From: an uncultured Lachnospiraceae bacterium
GTDB lineage: Bacteria > Bacillota > Clostridia > Lachnospirales > Lachnospiraceae
Assembly: GCA_902767135.1 (NCBI GenBank)
Contig: CACXGE010000066.1
Location: forward strand, 5,313 to 69,312
DNA length: 64,000 nt
Direction: 5' to 3'
The notes under the pieces were generated by a model. The model had not been told where the DNA came from and searched no databases. It worked only from the letters and a program-made list of their open reading frames with translations. Position numbers and translations under genes: made by a program. Shown here piece after piece: positions 44,186-53,018 of this stretch (its first letter is position 1; each line of letters opens with the position of its first letter).

Positions 44186-45199
44186 TTATCTCACCTGACA
44201 CAGATACACCTGCCTGAGAAATTTGTTTAAATAAATAAAACTAATCATCCTACGCTTCAACTTAACTCCCCGTGCAAAGAAAGCCTTTCTCAATACACGG
44301 ACCACCTGTGGATTGGTTAAAAAAGCATTAATCTGCTGTTTCTTTTCTGTTTTGGATAAATTGCTATCCATGCAAAAATGTACTTTGGAAGATATCACCT
44401 TAGAATATTCCTGATAATACCCTGCTAACACACTCTGGTCTTTAAAATGCTCTATAGCAAAGTCTTCCTTGTTTTTTATTGTTGTCTCCATACACTTTAT
44501 CACTTCACGATCCAGCACATTTCTTGTCTGCATCATCACACTGTCATCGAAAATTCTATAACCATATAAAGGTTTCTCAATACAGGCAACTGTCCTTATA
44601 TTGTCTATGAGTTTTGACATATAGATAACATCTTCCCCTATTTTGATTCCCTCTGGAAACCGCAATCTTTTCGTTTCTTCTTTTGCCCGATACACTCTTC
44701 CCCAACAGGTATTGAAATAATGATGAAACAAAAATGATTTACCAAGAGACTCTTGATTCTCCAATCCCTTTGTCACTTGCTGGTAGTACACTTCCTCTCC
44801 ATTCTCATTGATATCTTTATAATCAAACACAATCATGTCTACATACTCATCTGCCTGAATTTTTTCATAGATTTCATCTATGGCATTTCCCATAAAAACA
44901 TCATCCGCATCGATATAGGTAAAGTAAGCACCACTCATACGTTCTATTCCTACGTTTCTGGCTCTCGACACACCACCGTTGTCCTGGTGAATCACCTTCA
45001 TGCTCTCCGGATGTTCTCTCTCCAGCTCATCCAAAATCCTTGGTGTTTCATCTTTACTTCCATCATCCACCACAATGATTTCTAAGGATTCTCTATCCCC
45101 ATGAAAATTATCATATATCGAAGAAATACATTCGGCAATATACCTGTTACAATTATATGCCGGAATAATCACTGATAACTGTTTTTCCCTCAATTCCAT
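44186..45199 (-). CDS. Glycosyltransferase family 2
   Basis: LSVIIPAYNCNRYIAECISS...VVDDGSKD...YIDADD gives GT-A fold motifs. Its start overlaps the upstream stop (GTGATG/TGA), implying translational coupling. Confidence 0.88.
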   Translation of the reverse strand: MELREKQLSVIIPAYNCNRYIAECISSIYDNFHGDRESLEIIVVDDGSKDETPRILDELEREHPESMKVIHQDNGGVSRARNVGIERMSGAYFTYIDADDVFMGNAIDEIYEKIQADEYVDMIVFDYKDINENGEEVYYQQVTKGLENQESLGKSFLFHHYFNTCWGRVYRAKEETKRLRFPEGIKIGEDVIYMSKLIDNIRTVACIEKPLYGYRIFDDSVMMQTRNVLDREVIKCMETTIKNKEDFAIEHFKDQSVLAGYYQEYSKVISSKVHFCMDSNLSKTEKKQQINAFLTNPQVVRVLRKAFFARGVKLKRRMISFIYLNKFLRQVYLCQVR

Positions 45200-46197
45200 C
45201 ACTCCACATTTTCTTTCCTTCTTTTAATTCGGTCATTCAACATGATAACACCTATGAAATATCTCCCTAACACATATTTTTTCCTCTGCTTTGCAGTAAC
45301 ATACTGGCTTTTTGCACCCCGTTTGTAATTCTGCTTATAGATTCCCTTCAGTTTGCGGTACAGTTTTCTATCCTTATCTCTCTTACATTTTACCATTTCT
45401 GCCAGAATATCGTTTAAATAAGCAATATATGCCATTTCTACCAGTTCCGGTTCCTTGCGTTCTGTAAAGTATTCTGTTCTTTCTAAAGATGATCTTAAAA
45501 TATCCATGGTCCTTTTTTCCGTATTTTTTCTTCTGGTACAACTGTCCGCAGAACAACAGTAATAGTAAAGTTTCCTATCCGATACCACCACCTGTTTTGC
45601 ATTATAGAACACTTTATACGTAGTTGCAATATCCTCGTTACAGCAATAATCTTCCCCGATTCTTACCTGTTTCCATAAATCTGCCTGATAAAGCTTTCCC
45701 CAGAGCAATCCATATTCAATTCTCATCTTCTCATTCATAAGATAATCTCTTGTTGCCTCCACCTTTACTGTGGTTTTTTCCTTCTTGGGAAACTCCAGCC
45801 TCTCTGCTGTATCCGGCACATGGTGTGCCTGAATCCAGGCTATCTGCCCATCATTTTCTTTTAAGAGCTGATACATATACTGAATATACTCTGCATCCAC
45901 ATAATCGTCACTGTCCACAAAGGCAATATATGCTGTGGTATTTTCTTTTGCAATCAAATCCAAGGCTGTATTTCTGGCTTTCCCTGCGCCGGAATTTTTT
46001 TCCTGCATAATATACCGTATGCGGCAATCCTTTTGGCTCCATTTTTGACAGATTTCCCCACAGCCATCCTGACTACAGTCATTGACAAGCCAGATTTCTA
46101 TATTTTGATAGGTCTGACCTACCAGACTTTCCACGCATCGATTGATATATTTTTCTGCATTGTACACCGGAACAATAATCCCTACTTTTTCATCCAT
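45199..46197 (-). CDS. Glycosyltransferase family 2
   Basis: VGIIVPVYNAEKYINRCVESL...LVNDCSQD...FVDSDD. Confidence 0.88.
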   Translation of the reverse strand: MDEKVGIIVPVYNAEKYINRCVESLVGQTYQNIEIWLVNDCSQDGCGEICQKWSQKDCRIRYIMQEKNSGAGKARNTALDLIAKENTTAYIAFVDSDDYVDAEYIQYMYQLLKENDGQIAWIQAHHVPDTAERLEFPKKEKTTVKVEATRDYLMNEKMRIEYGLLWGKLYQADLWKQVRIGEDYCCNEDIATTYKVFYNAKQVVVSDRKLYYYCCSADSCTRRKNTEKRTMDILRSSLERTEYFTERKEPELVEMAYIAYLNDILAEMVKCKRDKDRKLYRKLKGIYKQNYKRGAKSQYVTAKQRKKYVLGRYFIGVIMLNDRIKRRKENVE

Positions 46198-46218
46198 GCT
46201 AATTTTCTCCTTAACTGC

Positions 46219-47181
46219 CTACCAAAAAATCTTATAATACAACATTGGGCAGACGCAGAACAAGCCATTGCTGAATTTTCTCTTTCTATCTTCCCTGTAA
46301 GACTTGTTATATTTTTTCCACAAGGAACAAAAGATTTTATGATATGGTTTCAAGATACTTACTTTATTCTTACCATCTGCTTTGATTTCATCTACATACT
46401 GGAGGATTAGGCACCTCATTCCCAACAGATGTTCCTGAAAGTAATCCCATTTCTGACTTTCTGCAAAATACTCCAACTTCTCCTGATACGCCTCCAGCCG
46501 GTGCAGACGTTTCTGGGAAAATCCTATCTGCATAATACTTTGGTTCCTTTGAACATAAAAATAATAATTCTCTTTCAGGTATACAATTCTTTCTGCCCGA
46601 TCCACCAGTTTATAGGTTACAAATTCATCTTCATGAATCTTTCCCTTTGGATACCTCTCCTGTGCAAACATACTTCTTTTGTACAATTTATTCCACGCCA
46701 CATGAAACGCTATAAAATCCGGTCCAAACAGGTGACGTTTCTTATCCTCATCCCCTACAAGAATTTCCTCCTCACCTTTCATAGGTCTTGTTACATCTGC
46801 TTCCTGTTCTTCTGTCACCTCCTCATATCCGCAGACTGCCAAATCCGCCCGATACACCTTCAAGGCGTTATATAACCTTCCAATCATTTCCTGGTGAATA
46901 TAATCATCCGAGTCTACAAATACAAGATATTCCCCTGTTGCGATTTCTATTCCTGCATTTCTGGCATCGGAAAGTCCACCGTTTGGCTTATGTATTACCT
47001 TAATTCTTTCATCCTGTCTGGCATAGTCATCACACATTTGACCGCAGCGATCCGGCGAGCCATCATCTACCAAAATAATTTCTAAGTTCTTATATGTCTG
47101 TTGACAGATGGTTTTTACACATCTATCCAAATAGTCTTCCACGTTATAAATTGGTACAATGACTGTAATCAAATCTTCCAT
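46219..47181 (-). CDS. Glycosyltransferase family 2
   Basis: ITVIVPIYNVEDYLDRCVKTI...LVDDGSPD...FVDSDD. Confidence 0.88.
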   Translation of the reverse strand: MEDLITVIVPIYNVEDYLDRCVKTICQQTYKNLEIILVDDGSPDRCGQMCDDYARQDERIKVIHKPNGGLSDARNAGIEIATGEYLVFVDSDDYIHQEMIGRLYNALKVYRADLAVCGYEEVTEEQEADVTRPMKGEEEILVGDEDKKRHLFGPDFIAFHVAWNKLYKRSMFAQERYPKGKIHEDEFVTYKLVDRAERIVYLKENYYFYVQRNQSIMQIGFSQKRLHRLEAYQEKLEYFAESQKWDYFQEHLLGMRCLILQYVDEIKADGKNKVSILKPYHKIFCSLWKKYNKSYREDRKRKFSNGLFCVCPMLYYKIFW

Positions 47182-47222
47182 GGATTCATTTCACATCCTT
47201 TCTATCACAATTACAAACATAA

Positions 47223-48416
47223 TTACTTTTTTATGAATTGTTTTATCCTTCTCAATACTTTTCCAAATCTGCTATCCGCCAATATATTTTTCCGGATAGT
47301 TGCCTTCACATGGGTTGCTTTTACTGCTCTGGTAAATCCATGACTCTTCACTGTATCCTTAAAGATTTTATAATCCGGGTGAGGGGTGGAAGGGGTTCTA
47401 AGCTGCTCATTTCCTGCCACCGCTTCCTGGAGTTCTCTCTCTTCATACACAAAATACTTCCCACATTGTAAGAAAATATTTTCTCCCTGAGGGGTATTTA
47501 TTAAAACCTCTGAGATTCTTCCCTCATAGTGATGTTCTAAGGTATCTCTGTTTAACTCCCAGAAATCACCGATGGTAATGTCTGACACTCTTTGTGTTTT
47601 TGCATACTGACACTGATAACAATTATCCCGATAAGTCAGACTTTTCAAAAAGGCTTCATAGTAATAATCCTTATAAAAATGCTGTCGGTAACAGGGAACA
47701 TCATTTTTTTCTGTTTTCTCATCCCGATACATACAAATCATAAAATCATTCTTACCACGAAAAGTAATCCTGGTTACCTTCTCATCTGTTACCGATTCTG
47801 CATATTCTTTCAAGTACTTCATTGGGGGTACACCATGACATATCAAGTCCATGGTTGTGAGATTTTCATAATCTTTCCTCAGAAAATTCAGTAGCCCTCC
47901 AATCTGGCACGGTGTTCCCACATATAAAACCTTCCTGCCCAAATCCAGTTGTTCCTTTGCCTTTTGGTAGGAATCCCCGGTAGATACCTGAACGTACTTG
48001 GATGATTTAAAGTCCTCTAATTCTTCCATCGTTGTAGCCATAGTAATCTCACATTTTAGTTCATCCACACCTGTATATTTGGAACCAAATACCACACCAC
48101 CCTGTTCAATAAAATGTCTTCCTATTCCCGTTGCAATTCCACCGGATGCACAGTTTTCTCTGTCATAGTCCGATTTTGTCCACGCTGCATAACATTTTCC
48201 AGGATATCTGATCTCTCTGGGCTTTTGAACCGGGCACACCTGAGTGCACAACCCGCATTTTACACATTTTTCTTTTTCAATGTGTGGTATGGTTTTTCCA
48301 TATTCATCTTCTACTGCTATAATAGCCTGCTTGGGACAGATAGCTTCACAGGCAAAACACCCTGTACACTGTTCCAATTTACATATCTGCATCTCACTAG
48401 CCGAAACCTTCTCCAT
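47223..48416 (-). CDS. FrhB-like (coenzyme F420 hydrogenase/dehydrogenase beta-subunit family) Fe-S flavoprotein
   Basis: The N-terminus carries 2x[4Fe-4S] motifs (CTGCFACEAICP, CVKCGLCTQVCP), followed by an FrhB-type domain. This family recurrently pairs with polysaccharide pyruvyl transferases. Confidence 0.75.
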   Translation of the reverse strand: MEKVSASEMQICKLEQCTGCFACEAICPKQAIIAVEDEYGKTIPHIEKEKCVKCGLCTQVCPVQKPREIRYPGKCYAAWTKSDYDRENCASGGIATGIGRHFIEQGGVVFGSKYTGVDELKCEITMATTMEELEDFKSSKYVQVSTGDSYQKAKEQLDLGRKVLYVGTPCQIGGLLNFLRKDYENLTTMDLICHGVPPMKYLKEYAESVTDEKVTRITFRGKNDFMICMYRDEKTEKNDVPCYRQHFYKDYYYEAFLKSLTYRDNCYQCQYAKTQRVSDITIGDFWELNRDTLEHHYEGRISEVLINTPQGENIFLQCGKYFVYEERELQEAVAGNEQLRTPSTPHPDYKIFKDTVKSHGFTRAVKATHVKATIRKNILADSRFGKVLRRIKQFIKK

Positions 48417-48446
48417 ACGCTTCTCCCTCTTTCATCTTCTCAACGC

Positions 48447-48471
48447 ATCTGTTCAGAATCCCGGAACAGAT
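48447..48471 (-). repeat. Palindromic unit (ATCTGTTC-9 nt-GAACAGAT) in the leader of the glycan cluster
   Basis: 8-bp perfect stem using the same ATCTGTTCAG word as hairpin 3 of repeat copy A and the metY-stop hairpin. Confidence 0.55.
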
Positions 48472-48512
48472 ACTGTAAATACCAAGACTGCACGGAATCC
48501 TTGTCTTAAAAC

Positions 48513-48521
48513 ATTATAACA
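48513..48521 (-). promoter_or_regulatory. Candidate extended -10 promoter element (TGTTATAAT) for the FrhB-like/GT2/pyruvyl-transferase cluster
   Basis: The minus strand carries TGnTATAAT, with a weak -35 (TAGCAA) 17 nt upstream. It lies about 95 nt upstream of the ATG at 48416. Confidence 0.35.
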
Positions 48522-48617
48522 GATGATTTCTCATTTTGCTATAGCAAAAACAGGATAAGAAAAGCTACCCATGAATAAATATTCACGGATAGCTGTTTTC
48601 TTTTCTATACAAATATT

Positions 48618-50492
48618 TTAGGCACCTGTTTCAAACTGGGAATTGTACAGATTCGCATAAAATCCGTTCTTTTCCAATAAGGTCTTATGGTCTCCCTGTT
48701 CTATCACATCTCCATCTTTTAATACCAGAATCAAATCTGCATCTTTAATTGTAGACAATCTGTGGGCAATAACAAAACTGGTTCTTCCCTTCATCAGATT
48801 ATCCATAGCCTTTTGGATTCTCTCCTCGGTTCTGGTATCTACCGAACTGGTTGCCTCATCTAAGATGAGCAGTCTATTGTCGGCAAGGATGGCTCTTGCA
48901 ATAGTCAACAACTGTTTCTGTCCCTGGGAGATATTTGTGGCATCTTCATTTAACTCCATCTGATACCCCCCTGGTAACGCCTGAATAAAATGATGGGCAT
49001 GAGCTGCCTTTGCTGCCGCTATCACTTCCTCATCCGTGGCATCCAGTCTTCCGTATCGGATATTCTCCATAACAGTTCCTTTAAACAGCCAGGTTTCCTG
49101 CAACACCATTCCAAAAGCTTCTCTTAATTCGCTTCTGTCAAAAGCTTTGATATCATATCCATCGATTTTAATGCATCCCTGATTTAAATCATAAAAACGC
49201 ATAAGTAATTTCACAATGGTAGTTTTTCCTGCCCCTGTAGGACCCACAATAGCAATTTTCTGTCCTGCCTTCACTTTTGCACTAAAATCATTGATGATAA
49301 TCTTTTCCGGGTCATAGCCAAAGTGTATATTTTCAAAACTTACGTTCCCAACCAACTCTTGTGGTCTTACTTTCCGCAAGGTTCCATTTTCTTCTATCAT
49401 TGCATGATCGTTCGAGTACTGCTCCTCTTCTTCCTCTTCTAGGAATTCAAAGACACGTTCTGCCGCTGCTACAGTGGACTGCAACATATTTGACACCTGT
49501 GCAATCTGAGTGATTGGCTGGGTAAACTGTCGAACATACTGGATAAACGACTGGATATCTCCCACTTCAATTACCTTCTTAATGTTCAGGTACCCCCCTA
49601 CTATAGCCACTGCCACATAGCCTAAATTTCCTACAAACTGCATAATAGGGTGGATCATCCCTGAGAAAAATTGCGACTTCCAGGCTGAATTATATAATGA
49701 CTCATTTGTCTTTTCAAACGCTGAAATCACATCCTCTTCCTTGTGAAACAGCTTAATCACATTATGCCCACCAAAATTTTCTTCAATCTGTCCATTTACA
49801 TGACCCAGATATTCCTGCTGCTGTTTAAAATATTTCTGGGAATTCTTCACAATCACAGCAATGAGAATCATACTGATTGGAAGAATCAAAAGCGCAATCA
49901 ATGTCATGAGCGGACTGATAGATAACATCATCACAAGCACACCAATCACAGTGGCAACGGAAGAAATCAACTGAGTAATAGACTGGTTTAGACTCATGCC
50001 CAAAGTATCTACATCGTTGGTAATTCTTGATAACACTTCCCCGTAGGTACGTTTGTCATAATAACTCATGGGAAGACGATTCATTTTTTCTGATAGTTCC
50101 TTGCGCATACGAAATGCTACCTTCTGGGAAATACCTGACATAACAAATCCCTGAATATAGCTAAACACTGCTGACAAAGCATATAACCCAAGCAAAAACA
50201 CCAGTATCATTCCAATTTTTTCAAAATCAATACCAGCACCACCATTGATTTTTCCTATCAACCCATTGAAAATTTCTGTGGTAGCTTTACCTAGTATCTT
50301 AGGTCCAACCACATGAAACACTGTAGAGCCAACAGTAAACAGCATCACAATAACAATTGCCACATGGTAAGCACTAAGATACTTTACCAGCTTTTTTAAG
50401 GTTCCCTTAAAATTCTTCGGTTTTTCTCCCCCTGCCATTCCATGTCCACCCATAGGACCTCTTGGGGGTTTTGGTCTTCTATTTTCTGCCAT
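48618..50492 (-). CDS. ABC exporter half-transporter (TMD-NBD), heterodimer partner 2
   Basis: 624 aa, six TM segments then an NBD with Walker A GPTGAGKTT, signature ISQGQKQ and Walker B LLILDEATS. Its ATG overlaps the upstream TAA (TAATG). Confidence 0.92.
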   Translation of the reverse strand: MAENRRPKPPRGPMGGHGMAGGEKPKNFKGTLKKLVKYLSAYHVAIVIVMLFTVGSTVFHVVGPKILGKATTEIFNGLIGKINGGAGIDFEKIGMILVFLLGLYALSAVFSYIQGFVMSGISQKVAFRMRKELSEKMNRLPMSYYDKRTYGEVLSRITNDVDTLGMSLNQSITQLISSVATVIGVLVMMLSISPLMTLIALLILPISMILIAVIVKNSQKYFKQQQEYLGHVNGQIEENFGGHNVIKLFHKEEDVISAFEKTNESLYNSAWKSQFFSGMIHPIMQFVGNLGYVAVAIVGGYLNIKKVIEVGDIQSFIQYVRQFTQPITQIAQVSNMLQSTVAAAERVFEFLEEEEEEQYSNDHAMIEENGTLRKVRPQELVGNVSFENIHFGYDPEKIIINDFSAKVKAGQKIAIVGPTGAGKTTIVKLLMRFYDLNQGCIKIDGYDIKAFDRSELREAFGMVLQETWLFKGTVMENIRYGRLDATDEEVIAAAKAAHAHHFIQALPGGYQMELNEDATNISQGQKQLLTIARAILADNRLLILDEATSSVDTRTEERIQKAMDNLMKGRTSFVIAHRLSTIKDADLILVLKDGDVIEQGDHKTLLEKNGFYANLYNSQFETGA

Positions 50493-52783
50493 TACTGTTC
50501 ACCTCCTTTTACCTGCTCCTGGTTCATTCCCAATTCCTTTTCGGATAACTGGCTCATAGCAATCTGACGATAAACTTCATTATCCCTTAATAATTCTTCA
50601 TGGGTTCCCATGCCCGCAATTCTTCCCTCATCCAGTACAATAATCTTTTCTGCATGAAGAATTGTGCTGATTCTTTGGGCAACGATTAACACCACACTGT
50701 CCTTTGTCTTTTCTTTCAACGCTTTTCTAACAGCAACATCCGTCTTGAAATCCAAAGCCGAAAAGCTGTCATCAAATACATAAATCTTAGGGTTTTTAGC
50801 CACTGCCCTGGCTATGGACAAACGCTGTTTTTGTCCTCCGGACACATTGCTTCCCCCCTGCGAAATATGGGAGTTAAATTTATCCGGTTTTTCCTCAATA
50901 AATTCCATTGCCTGTGCTGTCTGTGCCGCATGTTCAATTTCCTGTATCGGTGCCTCTTTTGCCCCAAACCTTAAGTTGGATTCTATGGTACCAGAAAAGA
51001 GAATCCCTTTTTGAGGAACAAAACCGATCATATCCCGCAAATGCTGCAATGACATATTCCTGATATCAACATCATCAATGGTAATCCTTCCCTCCGTGGC
51101 ATCGTAAAGCCTTGGAATCAAATGAACCACGGTAGATTTGCCGCATCCTGTACTTCCGATAATAGCTGTCGTTTCACCAGGATTGGCTGTAAAGTCAATA
51201 TCCGTCAACACATTTTCCTCTGCCCCTGGATATCTGAAACTTACATGTTCAAACCTTACCAGTCCCTGTTCCTGCTTTGGGGTTTCTTCTCTTTCAGGAT
51301 CACAGATATATGTTTCACTCTTAAGAATATCTTCCACACGGTCCGCTGCCACGGTTGCTCTCGGAAGCATAATAGAAATCATTGTCAGCATTAAAAATGA
51401 CATGACAATCTGCATAGTATAGGTAATAAACGCCATCATATCACCAACCTGCAAATCCCCAGTGTCTATTCCATGGGCGCCAATCCATACAATCAGTACC
51501 GTAATACCGTTCATGACAAACATCATGGTTGGCATCATCACTGCCATAGCTCTATTGGTAAATAGCTGGGTTTTCATCAAATCTCTGCTCGCCTTGTCAA
51601 AGCGTTCCTCCTCATGCTTTTCTCGGCTGAAGGCCCGTACCACCGGAATACCGGTAAGAATTTCTCTGGAAACCAAATTCAGACGATCTACCAATTTCTG
51701 CATTATCTTAAATTTAGGCATTGCCACCAGCATAAGAACCAGCACAATACACAAAACTGCAATCACAGCAACAGCAATAATCCACGCCATGCTAGAGGTG
51801 GATTGAAATACTTTGATCAATCCACCTACGCCCAAAATAGGGGCATATGCTACCATTCGCAACATCATGACAATAACCATCTGAATCTGCTGAATATCAT
51901 TGGTACACCTGGTTATCAATGAGGCAGTAGAAAAATTATCCATCTCTGCATTAGAAAATCCAATTACTTTTCGGAAAGTTTTATTACGCAAATCTTTACA
52001 GGTTATTGCCGCCACCCTGGAAGCAATCATGGTAACTACAATGGATACCGCCATCCCTAAGAGTGCGAGCAGAAGCATCTGCATCCCTTTTCCCAGGAGA
52101 TAATCCATCTGTTTTTTTTCCATGTCAACGCCCAATTCTTCATACACCTGTGTGACAAAACTGGCAGAAACAGAATCACCTACCAGCCCTTCCATTTCTG
52201 ATAGTTTTTCTTCGGCTGTATTGGTAATCTCTGTTACCACTTCGTCCGGAAGATAGGGAATCAATTCTCTTAATGTCATATGCTCAACCGCTTCATTGCC
52301 CGTCATCATAGCAAGCTGTTTTTGCATAGTTTCTAAATCAATGGCAGATTCCACATCATATTCTCCCTGTTCTGACAATGCCATAACATATATGGCTGAT
52401 GCAATATGAATGGTTTCATATAGTTCCTGAACATCTTCTGCTCTGCTTTCTTTTAAAACATAGATATCCTCACTTCTAAATTCAGGATACTTTTTTTCAT
52501 AACCCTCTATCTCCTCTTTTGAGAGATCATCATGAGTTACCTGAGTATAATATTTCTCTAACACCTTCTCTCCATTGCTAAGCTTCGCAATAATATTGTA
52601 TGTACTCTGGGTCATTGCCTCTGGCACATTTTCCTCTACTCCCATACTCTGGATTCCCACATCCACAATATCAGATGTGTACTGGGGCAGTGCCAAATCA
52701 CAATTTGCCTGAACTACCAGCAATACTATTACCGTCAAAATCCAAATCCAGGATTTCTTTGCAAATTTTATTATTTTTAGCAT
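50492..52783 (-). CDS. ABC exporter half-transporter (TMD-NBD), heterodimer partner 1, with a large insertion between TM1 and TM2
   Basis: 763 aa, Walker A GSTGCGKST, signature VSGGQKQR, Walker B IYVFDDSFSALD. About 190 aa of acidic soluble sequence lie between the first two TM helices. Confidence 0.92.
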   Translation of the reverse strand: MLKIIKFAKKSWIWILTVIVLLVVQANCDLALPQYTSDIVDVGIQSMGVEENVPEAMTQSTYNIIAKLSNGEKVLEKYYTQVTHDDLSKEEIEGYEKKYPEFRSEDIYVLKESRAEDVQELYETIHIASAIYVMALSEQGEYDVESAIDLETMQKQLAMMTGNEAVEHMTLRELIPYLPDEVVTEITNTAEEKLSEMEGLVGDSVSASFVTQVYEELGVDMEKKQMDYLLGKGMQMLLLALLGMAVSIVVTMIASRVAAITCKDLRNKTFRKVIGFSNAEMDNFSTASLITRCTNDIQQIQMVIVMMLRMVAYAPILGVGGLIKVFQSTSSMAWIIAVAVIAVLCIVLVLMLVAMPKFKIMQKLVDRLNLVSREILTGIPVVRAFSREKHEEERFDKASRDLMKTQLFTNRAMAVMMPTMMFVMNGITVLIVWIGAHGIDTGDLQVGDMMAFITYTMQIVMSFLMLTMISIMLPRATVAADRVEDILKSETYICDPEREETPKQEQGLVRFEHVSFRYPGAEENVLTDIDFTANPGETTAIIGSTGCGKSTVVHLIPRLYDATEGRITIDDVDIRNMSLQHLRDMIGFVPQKGILFSGTIESNLRFGAKEAPIQEIEHAAQTAQAMEFIEEKPDKFNSHISQGGSNVSGGQKQRLSIARAVAKNPKIYVFDDSFSALDFKTDVAVRKALKEKTKDSVVLIVAQRISTILHAEKIIVLDEGRIAGMGTHEELLRDNEVYRQIAMSQLSEKELGMNQEQVKGGEQ

Positions 52784-52816
52784 TTCACCATTCCCTTTCT
52801 ATCTTTTTTTAATAAA

Positions 52817-52840
52817 AACCTTCCGAATCATTGGAAGGTT
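52817..52840 (-). terminator. Stem-loop with flanking T-runs (bidirectional-looking terminator), 33 nt upstream of the ABC exporter start codon
   Basis: AACCTTCC-8 nt-GGAAGGTT. The minus strand continues TTTTATTAAAAAAAG and the plus strand continues CTTTTGTCTGTATTTTT. Confidence 0.65.
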
Positions 52841-52864
52841 CTTTTGTCTGTATTTTTGTAACTT

Positions 52865-52994
52865 TTCAGTACAGGTCTCAGCATTTACTGCTGAGACCGT
52901 AAGAAAATATACATTTTACAAAAATCGGGCAATTTTATATGCGTAAGCATTGCCCGATTTAACGTATCTGTTCAGTAATTCTGAACAAATACGT
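52865..52994 (+). repeat. Three-hairpin intergenic repeat, copy A
   Basis: Hairpin 1 (52874-52898): GGTCTCAGCA-tttac-TGCTGAGACC. Hairpin 2 (52923-52959): AATCGGGCAAT-15 nt-ATTGCCCGATT. Hairpin 3 (52962-52994): ACGTATCTGTTCAG-taatt-CTGAACAAATACGT. Confidence 0.85.
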
Positions 52995-53018
52995 AGTTGT
53001 TTATTTATACTTATATTG

